This document shows positions 1-13,454 of a stretch of 64,000 bases of DNA, one piece after another. The notes beneath the pieces were generated by a model, which did no database searches, was not told where the DNA came from, and was given only the letters and a program-made list of their open reading frames with translations. The DNA comes from Eledone cirrhosa (lineage: Eukaryota). The stretch is from positions 18,104,001 to 18,168,000 of the forward strand of contig OZ024763.1 of NCBI GenBank assembly GCA_964016885.1, read 5' to 3'. Both the position numbers and the translations under genes were made by a program. The first letter of the stretch is position 1. The number at the start of each line of letters is the position of its first letter.

Positions 1-86
1 ATATATATCTGTGTGTATGTATATATATATATCTGTGTGTATGTATATATATATGTGTGTGTGTATGTATATATATATATACATAC

Positions 87-118
<32 letters not shown>

Positions 119-544
119 ATGAACCTGTAGCATCGTGTGAAATTATAAGGGCACTGTTGATATATGTCTATATAACCACACACACACACACACACACACA
201 CACAGGGGTAGTGAATAAATATGGAAGAAGGAACACAATCTGGGGGCAGATGGTGATATATATTTAAAAATAAAATATATTGCGATTATTATTATTTTTT
301 TTTTTTCCCATTATTTATTTTCATTTTCTGTTGCTGAATTCCAATTCCAATGAGTAAAACAGAAGAATCACATGTCCTGCTTCAATGTCATCTTATCACT
401 GACACGTGTAGCTTATGATGTCGGCTGCTTCATAGAAACATAAAAAAAACACATAATGTGATGGCGGTTTGTTATTTTACAAGTGGCCCCATGCTGTCTA
501 TAATGGCAGCAATAGCATTGAATATGTTTAATTTTTGAAGATCA

Positions 545-700
545 GGCCTGGCTTAGTGGTTAGAGAGCTAGGTTTGGAGTTGTGAGGTTGTAAGTTAGAT
601 TCCTGGATCAAGGGATGCATTGTGTTCTTGAGCAAGATGTTCCAGTGTAGAATTGAGTTGATATCACTGGTGCCAAGTTGTATTAGCGATTGCCTTTCTC
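545..700 (+). mobile_element. Degenerate tRNA-derived CORE-type SINE
   Basis: TGGCTTAGTGG A box, GTTAGATTCC B-box-like motif, GTGTTCTTGAGCAAG CORE-like segment; diverged relative of the SINE at 15388. Confidence 0.65.
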
Positions 701-737
701 TTGGACAACATATTTAGTATATATATATTATTCATTC

Positions 738-1690
738 ATTTTACGTCTGCTTTTTCCCTGCTTGCAAGGGTGGGACGGGAACTGATTCTGGCTTGATTTC
801 TACAGCTGGATGCCCTTCCTAACACCAACCTCATTTACAGTGTGGACTGGGTGCTATTTGTCATGATACTTACACAACCACTTTACAGTGTGGACTGGGT
901 GTTTTTTGTCATTACACTTACACAACCACTTTACAGTGTGGACTGGGTGCTTTTTGTCATGACACTTACTCAACCACTTTACAGTGTGGACTGGGTGCTT
1001 TTTGTCATTACACTTACACAACCACTTTACAGTGTGGACTGGGTGCTTTTTGTCATGACACTTACTCAACCACTTTACAGTGTGGACTGGGTGCTTTTTG
1101 TCATGACACTTACTCAACCACTTTACAGTGTGGACTGGGTGCTTTTTGTCATGACACTTACTCAACCACTTTACAGTGTGGACTGGGTGCTTTTTGTCAT
1201 GACACCTACACAACCACTTTACAGTGTGGACTGGGTGCTTTTTGTCATGACACTTACTCAACCACTTTACAGTGTGGACTGGGTGCTTTTTGTCATGACA
1301 CCTACACAACCACTTTACAGTGTGGACTGGGTGCTTTTTGTCATGACACTTACTCAACCACTTTACAGTGTGGACTGGGTGCTTTTTGTCATGACACTTA
1401 CTCAACCACTTTACAGTGTGGACTGGGTGCTTTTTGTCATGACACTTACACAACCACTTTACAGTGTGGACTGGGTGCTTTTTGTCATGACACTTACACA
1501 ACCACTTTGCAGTGGGAGGGTGGGGTGGGGCATTCTGTATATATGCTTCAGCTTCAGCCTATACCCATTGGAAGTGGGGTCTTCTCTATAACTGACGCCA
1601 TAACATAACACCAGAGATCTAGTTCCTGTGTCATCAGCTTTGAGAGGTGCAATTTGGCAAGGCTTTTATCACCTCATCCCAAGTCTTCCA
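738..1690 (-). mobile_element. Composite retroelement: RTE C-terminal remnant + 48-bp VNTR + SINE/RTE 3' tail
   Basis: 738-835 is the reverse complement of the SINE 3' tail; 835-1512 is the 48-bp array; 1512-1690 is homologous to 27410-27590, which encodes an RTE C-terminus on the minus strand. Confidence 0.75.
835..1512. repeat. 48-bp tandem repeat, about 14 copies
   Basis: Unit TTTACAGTGTGGACTGGGTGCTTTTTGTCATGACACTTACACAACCAC; 16-aa periodicity in the ORF track. Confidence 0.95.
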
Positions 1691-1844
1691 TATATATATA
1701 TATATGTAAAATGTAAACAGATATATATATATAATATAACTAACAAAAGGTTTACATGCCAACACATGAGCAAGAATGAGGGGCTCATTCTACTGACATG
1801 GCTTAAAAGAGGCTGGCTGCATGATTGCAAACGAATCGAATATT

Positions 1845-2027
1845 ATTGGCAGTATCGTTAGAGGGTCGGACGCCAAGCATTGCAAGATGGAGTTACGGGC
1901 CTTTACGATCTGAGTTCAAATCCCACCGAGGTTAACTTTGCCTTTCATCCTTACGGGATCAATAAAATAAAGTACCAGTAATGCACTGGGATAATTGCTG
2001 GCCTGTGCCAAAAGTAGAAACAATTAT
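1845..2027 (+). mobile_element. SINE family B (tRNA-like head, GCCTTTCATCCTTACGGGGTCGATAAAATAAAGTACC body, (ATT)n tail)
   Basis: TGGCAGTATCG A-box-like motif, GAGTTCAAATCC B box; more than 15 full or partial copies in the window. Confidence 0.85.
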
Positions 2028-2048
2028 TAATATTCGAAAAACTCAGAT

Positions 2049-2089
<41 letters not shown>

Positions 2090-2145
2090 TCCAATTGTTT
2101 GTGTGACTAAGCTTGGTAGAGCTTATGCTCAGCACTGTGTTTTTG

Positions 2146-2205
2146 TTTATTATGCTCTGATGATTCCTGCCCAACGGTATGGATGAAACATTGTCAGCAA
2201 ATAAA
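2146..2205 (+). ncRNA. Type I hammerhead ribozyme motif
   Basis: TGCT-CTGATGA-ttcctgcccaacggtatggat-GAAAC-att-GTC-AGCA; stem I TGCT/AGCA, stem II TCC/GGA plus TGCC/GGTA. Confidence 0.75.
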
Positions 2206-2944
2206 AAAACTGTTTGAGTATGTAAGCGTTTTTTTAATTTCTTTTACATATAATGGCTCCGTTCTCGTACATTGAGCTTATACAATATTGTCAAAATACG
2301 ACACGGTACATATGTGTTTATACACATATTTCCCGTGCTCTACGTAAATATATATATATATATATCACATTTACGGTGCACACTGCAAATGTAGTTGGCA
2401 TTAGGAAGGGTGTACAGCCATAGAAACCAAGCCAGAATCAATTCAGTATGAAGACATGGTCATCAGATCTGACTTGTCGCACAACAGGACAACCTGTCTA
2501 AACCATGCTAGCTTGGAAAAATGGATGTTAAATGATGATGTGTATGTGTTTATGTCTCCTAACTTAGCAGCTCAAGGAAAGTGAAATTGATAAAATAAAT
2601 ACTATTAGTAGGGCGAGGAGAGGAGGGGGGTGTTGATATGATCAATCAACAACAGATTCCTTTTTAAGACTGTAGTGTCCCAGCATGGCCACAGTCTATT
2701 ATCTGAAACCTGTAACATGGAGGCACTAGAAGGAGAAATAAAACTGTCAGACTTAAAGTTACAATCTTCCTAAAGTTGGTTAGTGAAGTTCACAACAGCA
2801 GCAGCAGCAGAAGTAGATGATGGGAGGGGAGGTGAAGAAGAAGGAAGAAGGCAGAAAAAGGTGAAGAAAGAAGCAAGAAAGCAAAAGAGGAAGAAAGCAG
2901 AAGAAGAAATGGTTATTTTTTGTTTCTTTTGCAGAAATTCTTTT

Positions 2945-2965
2945 CACCTCACCACCACCAACATT

Positions 2966-2996
<31 letters not shown>

Positions 2997-5020
2997 CCAA
3001 TAGCACCACTACCACCACTACTACCACCACCACCATCACCACCATTACTACCACCACCACCATCATCATCATCACCAATAACACCACTACCTCCACCACT
3101 ACCACCACCACCATCATCATCATCACCAATAACACCACTACCACCACTACTACCACCACCACCATCACCACCATTACTACCACCACCACCATCATCATCA
3201 TCACCAATAACACCACTACCTCCACTACTACCACCACCATCATCATCACCAATAACACCACTACCTCCACTACTACCACCACCACCACCACTACCACTTT
3301 ACCACAATTGAAACCACTACCACCACCACCACCACTACCACTTTACCACAATTGAAACCACTACCACCACCACCAACCACTTTACCACAATTGAAACCAC
3401 CACCACCTACCACTTTACCACAATTGAAACCACTACCACCACCACCACCACTACCACTTTACCACAATTGAAACCACTACCACCACCACCACCACTACCA
3501 CTTTACCACAATTGAAACCACTACCACCACCACCACCACTACCACTTTACCACAATTGAAACCACTACCACCACCACCACCACTACCACTTTACCACAAT
3601 TGAAACCACTACCACCACCACCAACCACTTTACCACAATTGAAACCACCACCACCTACCACTTTACCACAATTGAAACCACTACCACCACCACCACCACC
3701 TACCACTTTACCACAATTGAAACCACTACCACCACCACCACCACTACCACTTTACCACAATTGAAACCACTACCACCACCACCACCACTACCACTTTACC
3801 ACAATTGAAACCACTACCACCACCACCAACCACTTTACCACAATTGAAACCACCACCACCTACCACTTTACCACAATTGAAACCACTACCACCACCACCA
3901 CCACCTACCACTTTACCACAATTGAAACCACTACCACTACCACCACTACCACCTTACCACCATTGAAACCACCACCACCACCACTACCACCTTACCATAA
4001 TTGAAACCACTACCACCACCACCACCACCATTACTACCACCATTGAAACCACCACCACTACCACCTTACCATAATTGAAACCACTACCACTACCACTTTA
4101 CCACAATTGAAACCACTACCACCACCACCACCACTACCACTTTACCACAATTGAAACCACTACCACCACCACCACTACCACTTTACCACAATTGAAACCA
4201 CCACCACCACCACTACCACTTTACCATAATTGAAACCACTACCACCACCACCACTACCACCTTACCACAATTGAAACCACTACCACCACCACCATTACTA
4301 CCACCACCACTACCACTTTACCACAATTGAAACCACTACCACCACCACCACCACCATTACTACCACCATTGAAACCACCACCACCACCACCACCATTACT
4401 ACCACCATTGAAACCACTACCACCACCACCACCACCACCACCACCTTACCACCATCACCACCATTACTACCACCACCTTACCACAATTGAAACCACTACC
4501 ACCACCACTACCACCACCACTACTTCACAGCTATTAACACCACCACTACGACCCACATTTTCCCATCCCCACTACCCCTGTTCCACCTTCACACCCACCG
4601 CCACCACTTCTTCCCAACACTACCACCCACACACCACCTCACCAGCCAGTTTCTTTCTGTCATCACTATCACACCCCACCACCGCCACCTTCACTACAAC
4701 CACTGCCATTTGTAGCCCCTTGCCACCACCACCACCCACCATCACCCCTACCAATTTCACTACCCCCCCACAACTACCACCATCAATACCCCCACCACCA
4801 CCACCACCACCAACAACAATACTACACCATCATCGCCCTCCCCACCACCACCACCACCAACAACAATACTACACCATCGCCCTCCCCACCTCCACCATCA
4901 CCACCACTAACAACAATACTACCCCCACCATCACTGCTCCCCCCTCGCCTCCACCACTACTTCCCCCATCATCACTGTCTTCCTCCTCACCACCACCACT
5001 ACCACCACACTATCCCCCCA
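2945..5020. repeat. (ACC/ATC)n low-complexity tract containing a CCACAATTGAAACCACTACC-based minisatellite (about 3290-4500)
   Basis: Direct reading of the repeats. Confidence 0.9.
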
Positions 5021-5049
5021 CCACATATAGCCAGACAGACAGATAGCTA

Positions 5050-5117
5050 TCTACCCGTCTCTCTCTCTCTCTCCCTATACATATATATATATATGATTCT
5101 CTCTCACTATCTGTCCG

Positions 5118-5162
<45 letters not shown>

Positions 5163-5185
5163 GATTCTCTCTCACTATCTGTCCG

Positions 5186-5232
<47 letters not shown>

Positions 5233-5254
5233 GATTCTCTCTCACTATCTGTCC

Positions 5255-5328
<74 letters not shown>

Positions 5329-5351
5329 GATTCTCTCTCACTATCTGTCCG

Positions 5352-5388
<37 letters not shown>

Positions 5389-5411
5389 GATTCTCTCTCA
5401 CTATCTGTCCG

Positions 5412-5450
<39 letters not shown>
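5050..5450. repeat. Compound tandem repeat: GATTCTCTCTCACTATCTGTCCGT-(CT)n-(AT)n, about 6 units
   Basis: Constant core separated by variable-length microsatellites. Confidence 0.9.
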
Positions 5451-5466
5451 GACCCTCCCAAAGTAT

Positions 5467-5498
<32 letters not shown>

Positions 5499-5831
5499 GA
5501 ACAAAAGATGGTTAAAGGAGTTCCATGTATTTTATTATGCGCATTTCAAATACATGGAACTCCTTTAACCATCTTTTGTTCTTATATATTATGTATACTC
5601 CAGTCCCACAAACTGTAGAGTGCTTCTTATCCGATATCTGCATTGCTTTATTGTACTACAATAAAACTCACCTCCTACATATATATATATATATATAAAG
5701 TGGAAGTTGTATTTAATTTGTTGGAAATCCGACAAACATAAATGTTTATAACTGATTTAGAGCACTCAATAAGTCACTGGAGTAACTTAATGATATTAAA
5801 TAAATGGAAACTATATTTATAAAACCATATT

Positions 5832-5896
5832 TATTTTATTATCTATATTTCAAGGGTAACCAAGACAACATTGGTACGCTTTCATCAGATAAAATA
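5832..5896 (-). ncRNA. Type I hammerhead ribozyme motif
   Basis: Minus strand TATTTTAT-CTGATGA-aagcgtacca...tggttaccctt-GAAA-tataga-TA-ATAAAATA; perfect 8-bp stem I. Confidence 0.75.
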
Positions 5897-5974
5897 CAAA
5901 GTTTGTTTTATAAATAGAGACGTACCCATGAAAATCATACCTTATCGGTTGGAAATTCACTGGATAGTGAAAAT

Positions 5975-6198
5975 GTATGACCCCGACGGCAGAGCTCAAG
6001 CCGTTTCGACGGCTATTTCTGGACTAAAATAGAATTTTACCACGCTAAAATTTTTTATTTTAGTCCAGAAAAAGCCGTCGAAACGGCTTGAGCTCTGCCG
6101 TCGGGGTCATACTTTCTCCTATTACCCACTCTACTACCCTAAGTATTGAGTACTCTGGTGCGTTATGGTCCATCTGGTTCCTTATAACACTTCCTTCG

Positions 6199-6200
<2 letters not shown>
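5975..6200. mobile_element. Short (TA)n-embedded interspersed element 'P1' with fold-back end (putative Penelope-like terminus)
   Basis: GACCCCGACGGCAGAGCTCAAGCCGTTTCGACGGC and its reverse complement; further copies near 8885, 9973, 10172, 30735, 37820 and 43645. Confidence 0.6.
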
Positions 6201-6239
<39 letters not shown>

Positions 6240-6512
6240 ACCCTTGCAAGCAGGGAAAAGCGGACGTAAAATGATGATGATGATGATGATGATGATGATA
6301 TATATATATATATATATATGCAAAAGTTCTATTTAAATTGTTGGGATACAACAAGCAAATATTTTTATAACTGATATAAAGGACTCAATGAAATAAATAT
6401 GGTTTTATAAATATAGTTTCCATTTGTTAATATCGTATATATATATATTTATGTCCGTCTGTCGCTATATATATATCTCTCTTTCTCTCTCTGTTTCACT
6501 ATAATATTAATA

Positions 6513-6780
6513 ATTGTTTCTAATTTTGGCACAAGGCCAGCAATACCCAGTGCATTACTGGTACTTTATTTTATCGACTCCGTAAGGATGAAAGGCAAAG
6601 TTAACCTCGACGGGATTTGAACTCAGACCGTAATGGTTTCTAATTTAGACACAAGGACAGCAATTTGGAAAGCAGGGGGGGGGGGTGATTAAATGTAACC
6701 CCCAGCGTGTTACGGGTACTTTATTTTATCGACCCACATAGCCTCGGCAGGATTCGAACTCAGGACAGGATGTAAAGAAC
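6513..6780 (-). mobile_element. Two partial SINE family B copies
   Basis: Reverse complement of the family B body and tail. Confidence 0.8.
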
Positions 6781-7294
6781 TGTAACAAACTCAGATATAT
6801 TGGAATATATGTAAACATACTTTAGTTGTAGAAGTGACGTCCGAACGAGTATCTTCCATCGTCAACTAACTTACCTTCCGCCTCTGACTCCCAGCAGACG
6901 ACAGCCAGGAATGCCACGAGACATTTCGTTCGACACTTGTGTCTTGTCCTTATATTGTCTGAATAACTGAATAATAATGCGTGTATATTTATATATTGCC
7001 AAATATACTATACATACATTCATGTATACATCGCTATTTCAGAGCACCAATCCTATATATATATATATATATATTTATTTATTAAAATAACAGATTAAAG
7101 TTTAAGCAAAGAATCGCTGCTTTCACCCTTAACGGGATCTTCTTAAGATCCTGTTAAGGGTGAAAGCAGCGATTCTTTGCTTGAACTTTAATCTGTTATA
7201 TTAATAAACATTTGCTCTACGGTTCTTATATATTTGATATATATTTATCCTTATCGAGCCCTCTTTGGATTTTAGTCTTCAAATTTATTATTAT

Positions 7295-7343
<49 letters not shown>

Positions 7344-7636
7344 AAGGTTAAACAAGGTTCAATGAATAAATCAAAGAATGAGTTTTACAATAGATTGGAA
7401 GCACTCAATAGAATTGGTTTTCCGGAGTTATTAATATTAATTCAAAATATTAACAAAAATAGACATTCGTGTGATCAAGTATATTTTATTATAGTTAGCT
7501 CAGTACCTCTGAAATATGTATAATAAAATATACTTGATCACACGAATGTCTATTTTTGTTAATATTTTGAATTAATAAATATATATATATACATATAGGA
7601 TATATTTATATATATATATATAGGATATATATATAC

Positions 7637-7687
<51 letters not shown>

Positions 7688-7730
7688 CCAATTCCACTGC
7701 GCGCACACACTCCCATTCACACATATATAT

Positions 7731-7763
<33 letters not shown>

Positions 7764-8309
7764 CCAATTCCAGCACTTACATACATACACACACACACAC
7801 ACATATATATATATACCAATTCCACCACTCACACATACGGGGATACACACACACACACATACGGGGATACACACACAAGCCGAGTATATTTAGGGAGCCA
7901 AGGCCAAAAGCAAAACAAGAACTCAAAACAGAAGTAAACGAATGTCCCCTCCCTAAAAAAAAAATGATTGAAACCCCCCTTTTTTTATGGTTTCTTTGAA
8001 ACCCTTAAATCCCCGTTGCCTCAACCTACCCCAACCTCACCAACCAGCCTAACTTCAGCCCCTCTCGTTCTCCCGTTCTCTCTACATAGGGATCAGTACC
8101 CGGGAATTCTGTTAAAGCTACGTGTCTTCTGCAAGAGGACCAATAACATATAGAGAGAGGGGGGGTTGAGAGGGAGGAGAGAGAAGGGGGCAGTGGATGT
8201 AGGAGCTTATATGGAGGGTGGAGGGGGTTAATATAGAGAGAGAAAGTGAGGGAGAGAAGGGGGGGGGAAGTGGATGTAGGAACTTGTGGCGAGTGGAGGG
8301 GGTTAATAT

Positions 8310-8341
<32 letters not shown>

Positions 8342-8491
8342 GGGGGAAGGCGCAGAGGATGGAGGAACTTATATGCAGGAGGGGGGGGGGTAGTACTGGT
8401 ACATATATATATATATGGTTATATATATATATATATGGTTATATATATATATATTATATGGTTATATATACATAGATATGTACATAAATGC

Positions 8492-8530
<39 letters not shown>

Positions 8531-8617
8531 AAGGGGCGAAGGGGGACTGAGGATGGAGAAACTTATACGGTGAGAGGAAGGGGTGTTAGTAGTGGTAGTA
8601 GTAGTAGTAGAATGTAA

Positions 8618-8670
<53 letters not shown>

Positions 8671-8726
8671 CATACATATATATACATATATATATATATA
8701 TTTTCATATATTGATATATTTACATA

Positions 8727-8803
8727 CAGGATGTCCCCCAAAAATGTATACACGCTTTGATTAGAATGCTGTTAAAGTACGTATACATTTTTGGGACACC
8801 TTG
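8727..8803. mobile_element. About 80-bp Tc1/mariner-type MITE
   Basis: TA-CAGGATGTCCC...GGGACACCTTG-TA terminal inverted repeats. Confidence 0.7.
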
Positions 8804-8935
8804 TAAATATATATATATATATATCCAGGGAATGTAACGTAATGAAGGCTTAACCAATTGTCCTTGTATTATTAAATATATATGAGTTCGGATCTAGCTG
8901 TGGAAACGGCCGGAGCTCAGCCGTCGGGGTCCTTT

Positions 8936-8991
<56 letters not shown>

Positions 8992-9045
8992 AAACAGTTT
9001 GACCATTACTCACTAGAGTAATGAATTTTTCATTATATATATATT

Positions 9046-9124
<79 letters not shown>

Positions 9125-9238
9125 GTATATAAAAAGAGAGAGAGTATGTGTGAGAGAGAGTGGGAAGAAAGAGAATGAGTGTGTATGAGAACCAGAGAAC
9201 TTGCTTGAGAGAGAGAGAGAGATATAGAGAGAGGGTGT

Positions 9239-9272
<34 letters not shown>

Positions 9273-9307
9273 AAGAGTGAGAGAGAGTGAGAAATAGAGA
9301 GAGGGTG

Positions 9308-9340
<33 letters not shown>

Positions 9341-9440
9341 AAGAGTGAAGGGGAGAAATAGAGAGAGGGTGTGATATATATATATATATAGAGAGAGAGA
9401 AAGTGAGAGAAAGAGAGAGAGGGGGAAATAGAGAGAGGAT

Positions 9441-9496
<56 letters not shown>

Positions 9497-9529
9497 AAGA
9501 GTGAAGGGGAGAAATAGAGAGAGGGTGTG

Positions 9530-9571
<42 letters not shown>

Positions 9572-10487
9572 GAGGGGATGATAGACAGAGTGAAAGAGAG
9601 AGGGTGTTATAGATAGATAGAGAGAGAGGGGAGGGGGAGACGATATCTCTATATGAATGGATAAATAAATAAAATACTATAAACAAATAAAATAAAAATT
9701 CGGCAGACGGCAACAAACGAAGGAAGCAAGCAACAGCTTTTGCCAAAAACTTTCTTTACCATTTCACGTTGGTTTTTTCATGTAAGTACACAACTACATC
9801 TAACTTTATTATGTATATATAATATATATTATATGTATAATATATATTATATATATAGAATAATATATATTATATGTATAATATATATTATATATATAGA
9901 ATATATATTGTAGGTGCGTTATGAGTGTATTTTGTGTTTACCGTAATATATACAGATATATATATATATATATAGGAACGAGTAGGACCCCGACGGCTGA
10001 GCTCAAGCCGTTTCGACTCAGAATTAGCCGTCGAAACGGCTTGAGCTCAGCCGTCGGGGTCCTACTCGTTCCTATTACCCACTCTAATACCCTAAGTATT
10101 GAGTACTCTGGTGTGTTATGGTCCACCTGGTTCCTTACCACATTTCCTTCGTTATATATATATATATATATAACGAAGGAGTTGTGGTAAGGAACCAGAT
10201 GGACCATAGCGCACCAGAGTACTCAATACCTTAGGGTAGTAGAGTGGGTAATAGGAGAAAGTATGACCCCGACGGCAGAGCTCAAGCCGTTTCGACGGCT
10301 ATTTCTGAACTCTTATATATATATATATATATATATATAAGTTATTCTGGGTTGAAACGGAGGTAACCACAGTAAGTAAGGTACTCAATACATAGCAGAG
10401 TATAAAAGTTTTAATATAGAAGAGCTTCTACAGGACTAGATGATTTCTCACGAATGAAACAGTTCTAGTCCTGTAGAAGCTCTCCTC

Positions 10488-10522
<35 letters not shown>

Positions 10523-10532
10523 ATACACATGC

Positions 10533-10623
10533 ACAGGGAGTCCTCCCAAAAATGTATAAAATATAAACACACTTTGATTAGAATGGCATTGAAGTATGTA
10601 TACATTTTTTTGGAACACCCTGT

Positions 10624-10673
<50 letters not shown>

Positions 10674-10755
10674 GGTGTCCCTCCTTAAAATGTATATATG
10701 CTTTGATTAGAATGGTATTGAAGTATGTATACATTTTTGGGGAACACCCTGTGTA

Positions 10756-10786
<31 letters not shown>

Positions 10787-10868
10787 GCAGGGTGTCCCCT
10801 GCTAAAATGTATATATGCTCTGATTAGAATAGTATTGAAGTGTGTATACATTTTTAGGGGACACCCTG
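10533..10868. mobile_element. Three consecutive about 80-bp Tc1/mariner-type MITEs in (TA)n
   Basis: CAGGGTGTCCC...AAAATGTATA / TATACATTTTT...ACACCCTG inverted repeats at about 10533, 10671 and 10788; another copy at 13872-13936. Confidence 0.75.
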
Positions 10869-11689
10869 TGTGTGTGTCTATATATATATATTTTACATAC
10901 ACACGCACACACACATATATATATACATACACACACACACATATATATATACATACACACACATATATACACACACACACACATATATATATATCTACAC
11001 ACATACATATATATATACATAAATATATACACACATATATATATACATATATATACACAAATATATATATATATTCATACACACGCATACACACACATAT
11101 ATATACACACACACACATATATATACATACACACACACACATATATATATATATCTACACACACACATATATACATACATAAATATATATATACACACAT
11201 ATATATATACATATATATACACATATTTATATATTCATACACACGCACACACACATATATATACATACACACATATATATACATACACACATATATATAT
11301 ATACATACACACACATATATACATACACACACATATATATATATATACATGCACACACACATATATATACATACATACATACACACACATACATACATAC
11401 AATTTTGCATCTATCACTTCAGGATCTCCATACCATTCCTTCCACAAATCTCTCTTTCCTTCCTTCCTTCACTTATTACTGTTGCTACTACTACTACTGA
11501 TGATGATGATAATATTAATAATATTATTGATGTTCTGTATTGGTTTGAAGAACTGTAAACTTTCTGGCTAAAAATACTATTGGCTAACGCACATACACAC
11601 ACACAAACATATATACACTCACATACATACATGTATACACATACATACATGTATACACATACATAGATATACACACATTCAGGATCAAT

Positions 11690-12700
11690 TTTACAGTGTG
11701 GACTGGGTGCTGTTTCTTGTGACACCTACACAACCACTTTACAGTGTGGACTGGGTGCTGTTTCTTGTGACACCTACACAACCACTTTACAGTGTGGACT
11801 GGGTGCTGTTTCTTGTGACACCTACACAACCACTTTACAGTGTGGACTGGGTGCTGTTTCTTGTGACACCTACACAACCACTTTATTGTGGACTGGGTGC
11901 TGTTTCTTGTGACACCTACACAACCACTTTACAGTGTGGACTGGGTGCTGTTTCTTGTGACACCTACACAACCACTTTACAGTGTGGACTGGGTGCTGTT
12001 TCTTGTGACACACACCTACACAACCACTTTACAGTGTGGACTGGGTGCTGTTTCTTGTGACACCTACACAACCACTTTACAGTGTGGACTGGGTGCTGTT
12101 TCTTGTGACACCTACACAACCACTTTACAGTGTGGACTGGGTGCTGTTTCTTGTGACACCTACACAACCACTACAGTGTGGACTGGGTGCTGTTTCTTGT
12201 GACACCTACACAACCACTTTACAGTGTGGACTGGGTGCTGTTTCTTGTGACACCTACACAACCACTTTACAGTGTGGACTGGGTGCTGTTTCTTGTGACA
12301 CCTACACAACCACTTTAGTGTGGACTGGGTGCTGTTTCTTGTGACACCTACACAACCACTTTACAGTGTGGACTGGGTGCTGTTTCTTGTGACACCTACA
12401 CAACCACTTTACAGTGTGGACTGGGTGCTGTTTCTTGTGACACAGACCTACACAACCACTTTACAGTGTGGACTGGGTGCTGTTTCTTGTGACACCTACA
12501 CAACCACTTTACAGTGTGGACTGAGTGCTGTTTGTTGTGACACACACCTACACAACCACTTTACAGTGTGGACTAGGTGCTTTTTGTCGTGACACCTACA
12601 CAACCACTTTACAGTGTGAACTGGGTGCTTTTTTTACCATGGCTCCGACACAACCACTTTACAGTGTGGACTGGGTCTTTTTGTCGTGACACCTACACGA
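11690..12700. repeat. 48-bp tandem repeat, about 21 copies, same family as 835-1512
   Basis: Unit TTTACAGTGTGGACTGGGTGCTGTTTCTTGTGACACCTACACAACCAC with array-specific substitutions. Confidence 0.95.
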
Positions 12701-12840
12701 CCTTATTTATTTAGGACTGGATGTTGTGGTACTAACATAACTTTACATTGAAAGGGGTGGTGTTGGTGGGTGTAGGGGTAGTGGGATGGGGGTGTGGTTT
12801 GGTTAGGAGGTGCCTACTGACTGTAGGTTTCACTTTGTAC

Positions 12841-12932
12841 TTAGGCAAGGTGGGTCTTCTGTATTACTGCGTAGCGCCAAAGATCTCGGTCCAGTGACAT
12901 TGTCTTGGAGAGGTGAAAGTGTGTAAGGTTGG
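12841..12932 (-). mobile_element. RTE-clade LINE C-terminal coding remnant
   Basis: Translates HFHLSKTMSLDRDLWRYAVIQKTHLA*, homologous to 27450-27590 and similar to the end of the RTE ORF at 35161. Confidence 0.65.
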
Positions 12933-12933
12933 A

Positions 12934-12967
<34 letters not shown>

Positions 12968-13146
12968 AATAAATACAATATCGGAGAAAGCTTTTTAGCG
13001 ATACTCCGGCCAAATTCCAACTCACTCAACAAACATTAGGAAATAAGTGATTATATTCCCAATTATGCGTTCGGGTTGCTAACTAAAAGTATTGCGTGGA
13101 AAATTGGCTGTATTATTTCATATGAGACATATCGAATATATCTCTT

Positions 13147-13273
13147 CCCAGACGGACGTCTCGTTTCATTATAGGATTCCTACAATTTGGGTTAAATTAT
13201 ACCAATTTATGTAGGAGCTTGTATACCATCAATAGATATATATTCAAGTGGGCTCCTATAATTCATCAGTAGG
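13147..13273 (-). ncRNA. Type I hammerhead ribozyme motif with long branched stem II
   Basis: Minus strand CCTA-CTGATGA-ATTATAGGA...TCCTATAAT-GAAACG...CGTC-TGGG; 9-bp perfect stem II base. Confidence 0.7.
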
Positions 13274-13420
13274 TGCCCCAATAATACTAATATTGATAAT
13301 CTAACCAACATCAGTATTTAGCGATAATCATCATCTGTGCCTGAGGTATCTGTCAGGTTGCCAGTCCAACAATTCTAAAGAAATGCTCAAACTGATTCAA
13401 AAATGAGGAAGTAAATTACC

Positions 13421-13450
<30 letters not shown>

Positions 13451-13454
<4 letters not shown>

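Noticed and set aside
842-1591. 249-aa and 215-aa repeat ORFs as genes
   Set aside because: They are a by-product of a stop-free 48-bp TE-derived unit
9690-9790. Possible first exon ending CAT|GTAAGT
   Set aside because: A donor-like motif alone is insufficient and there is no promoter evidence
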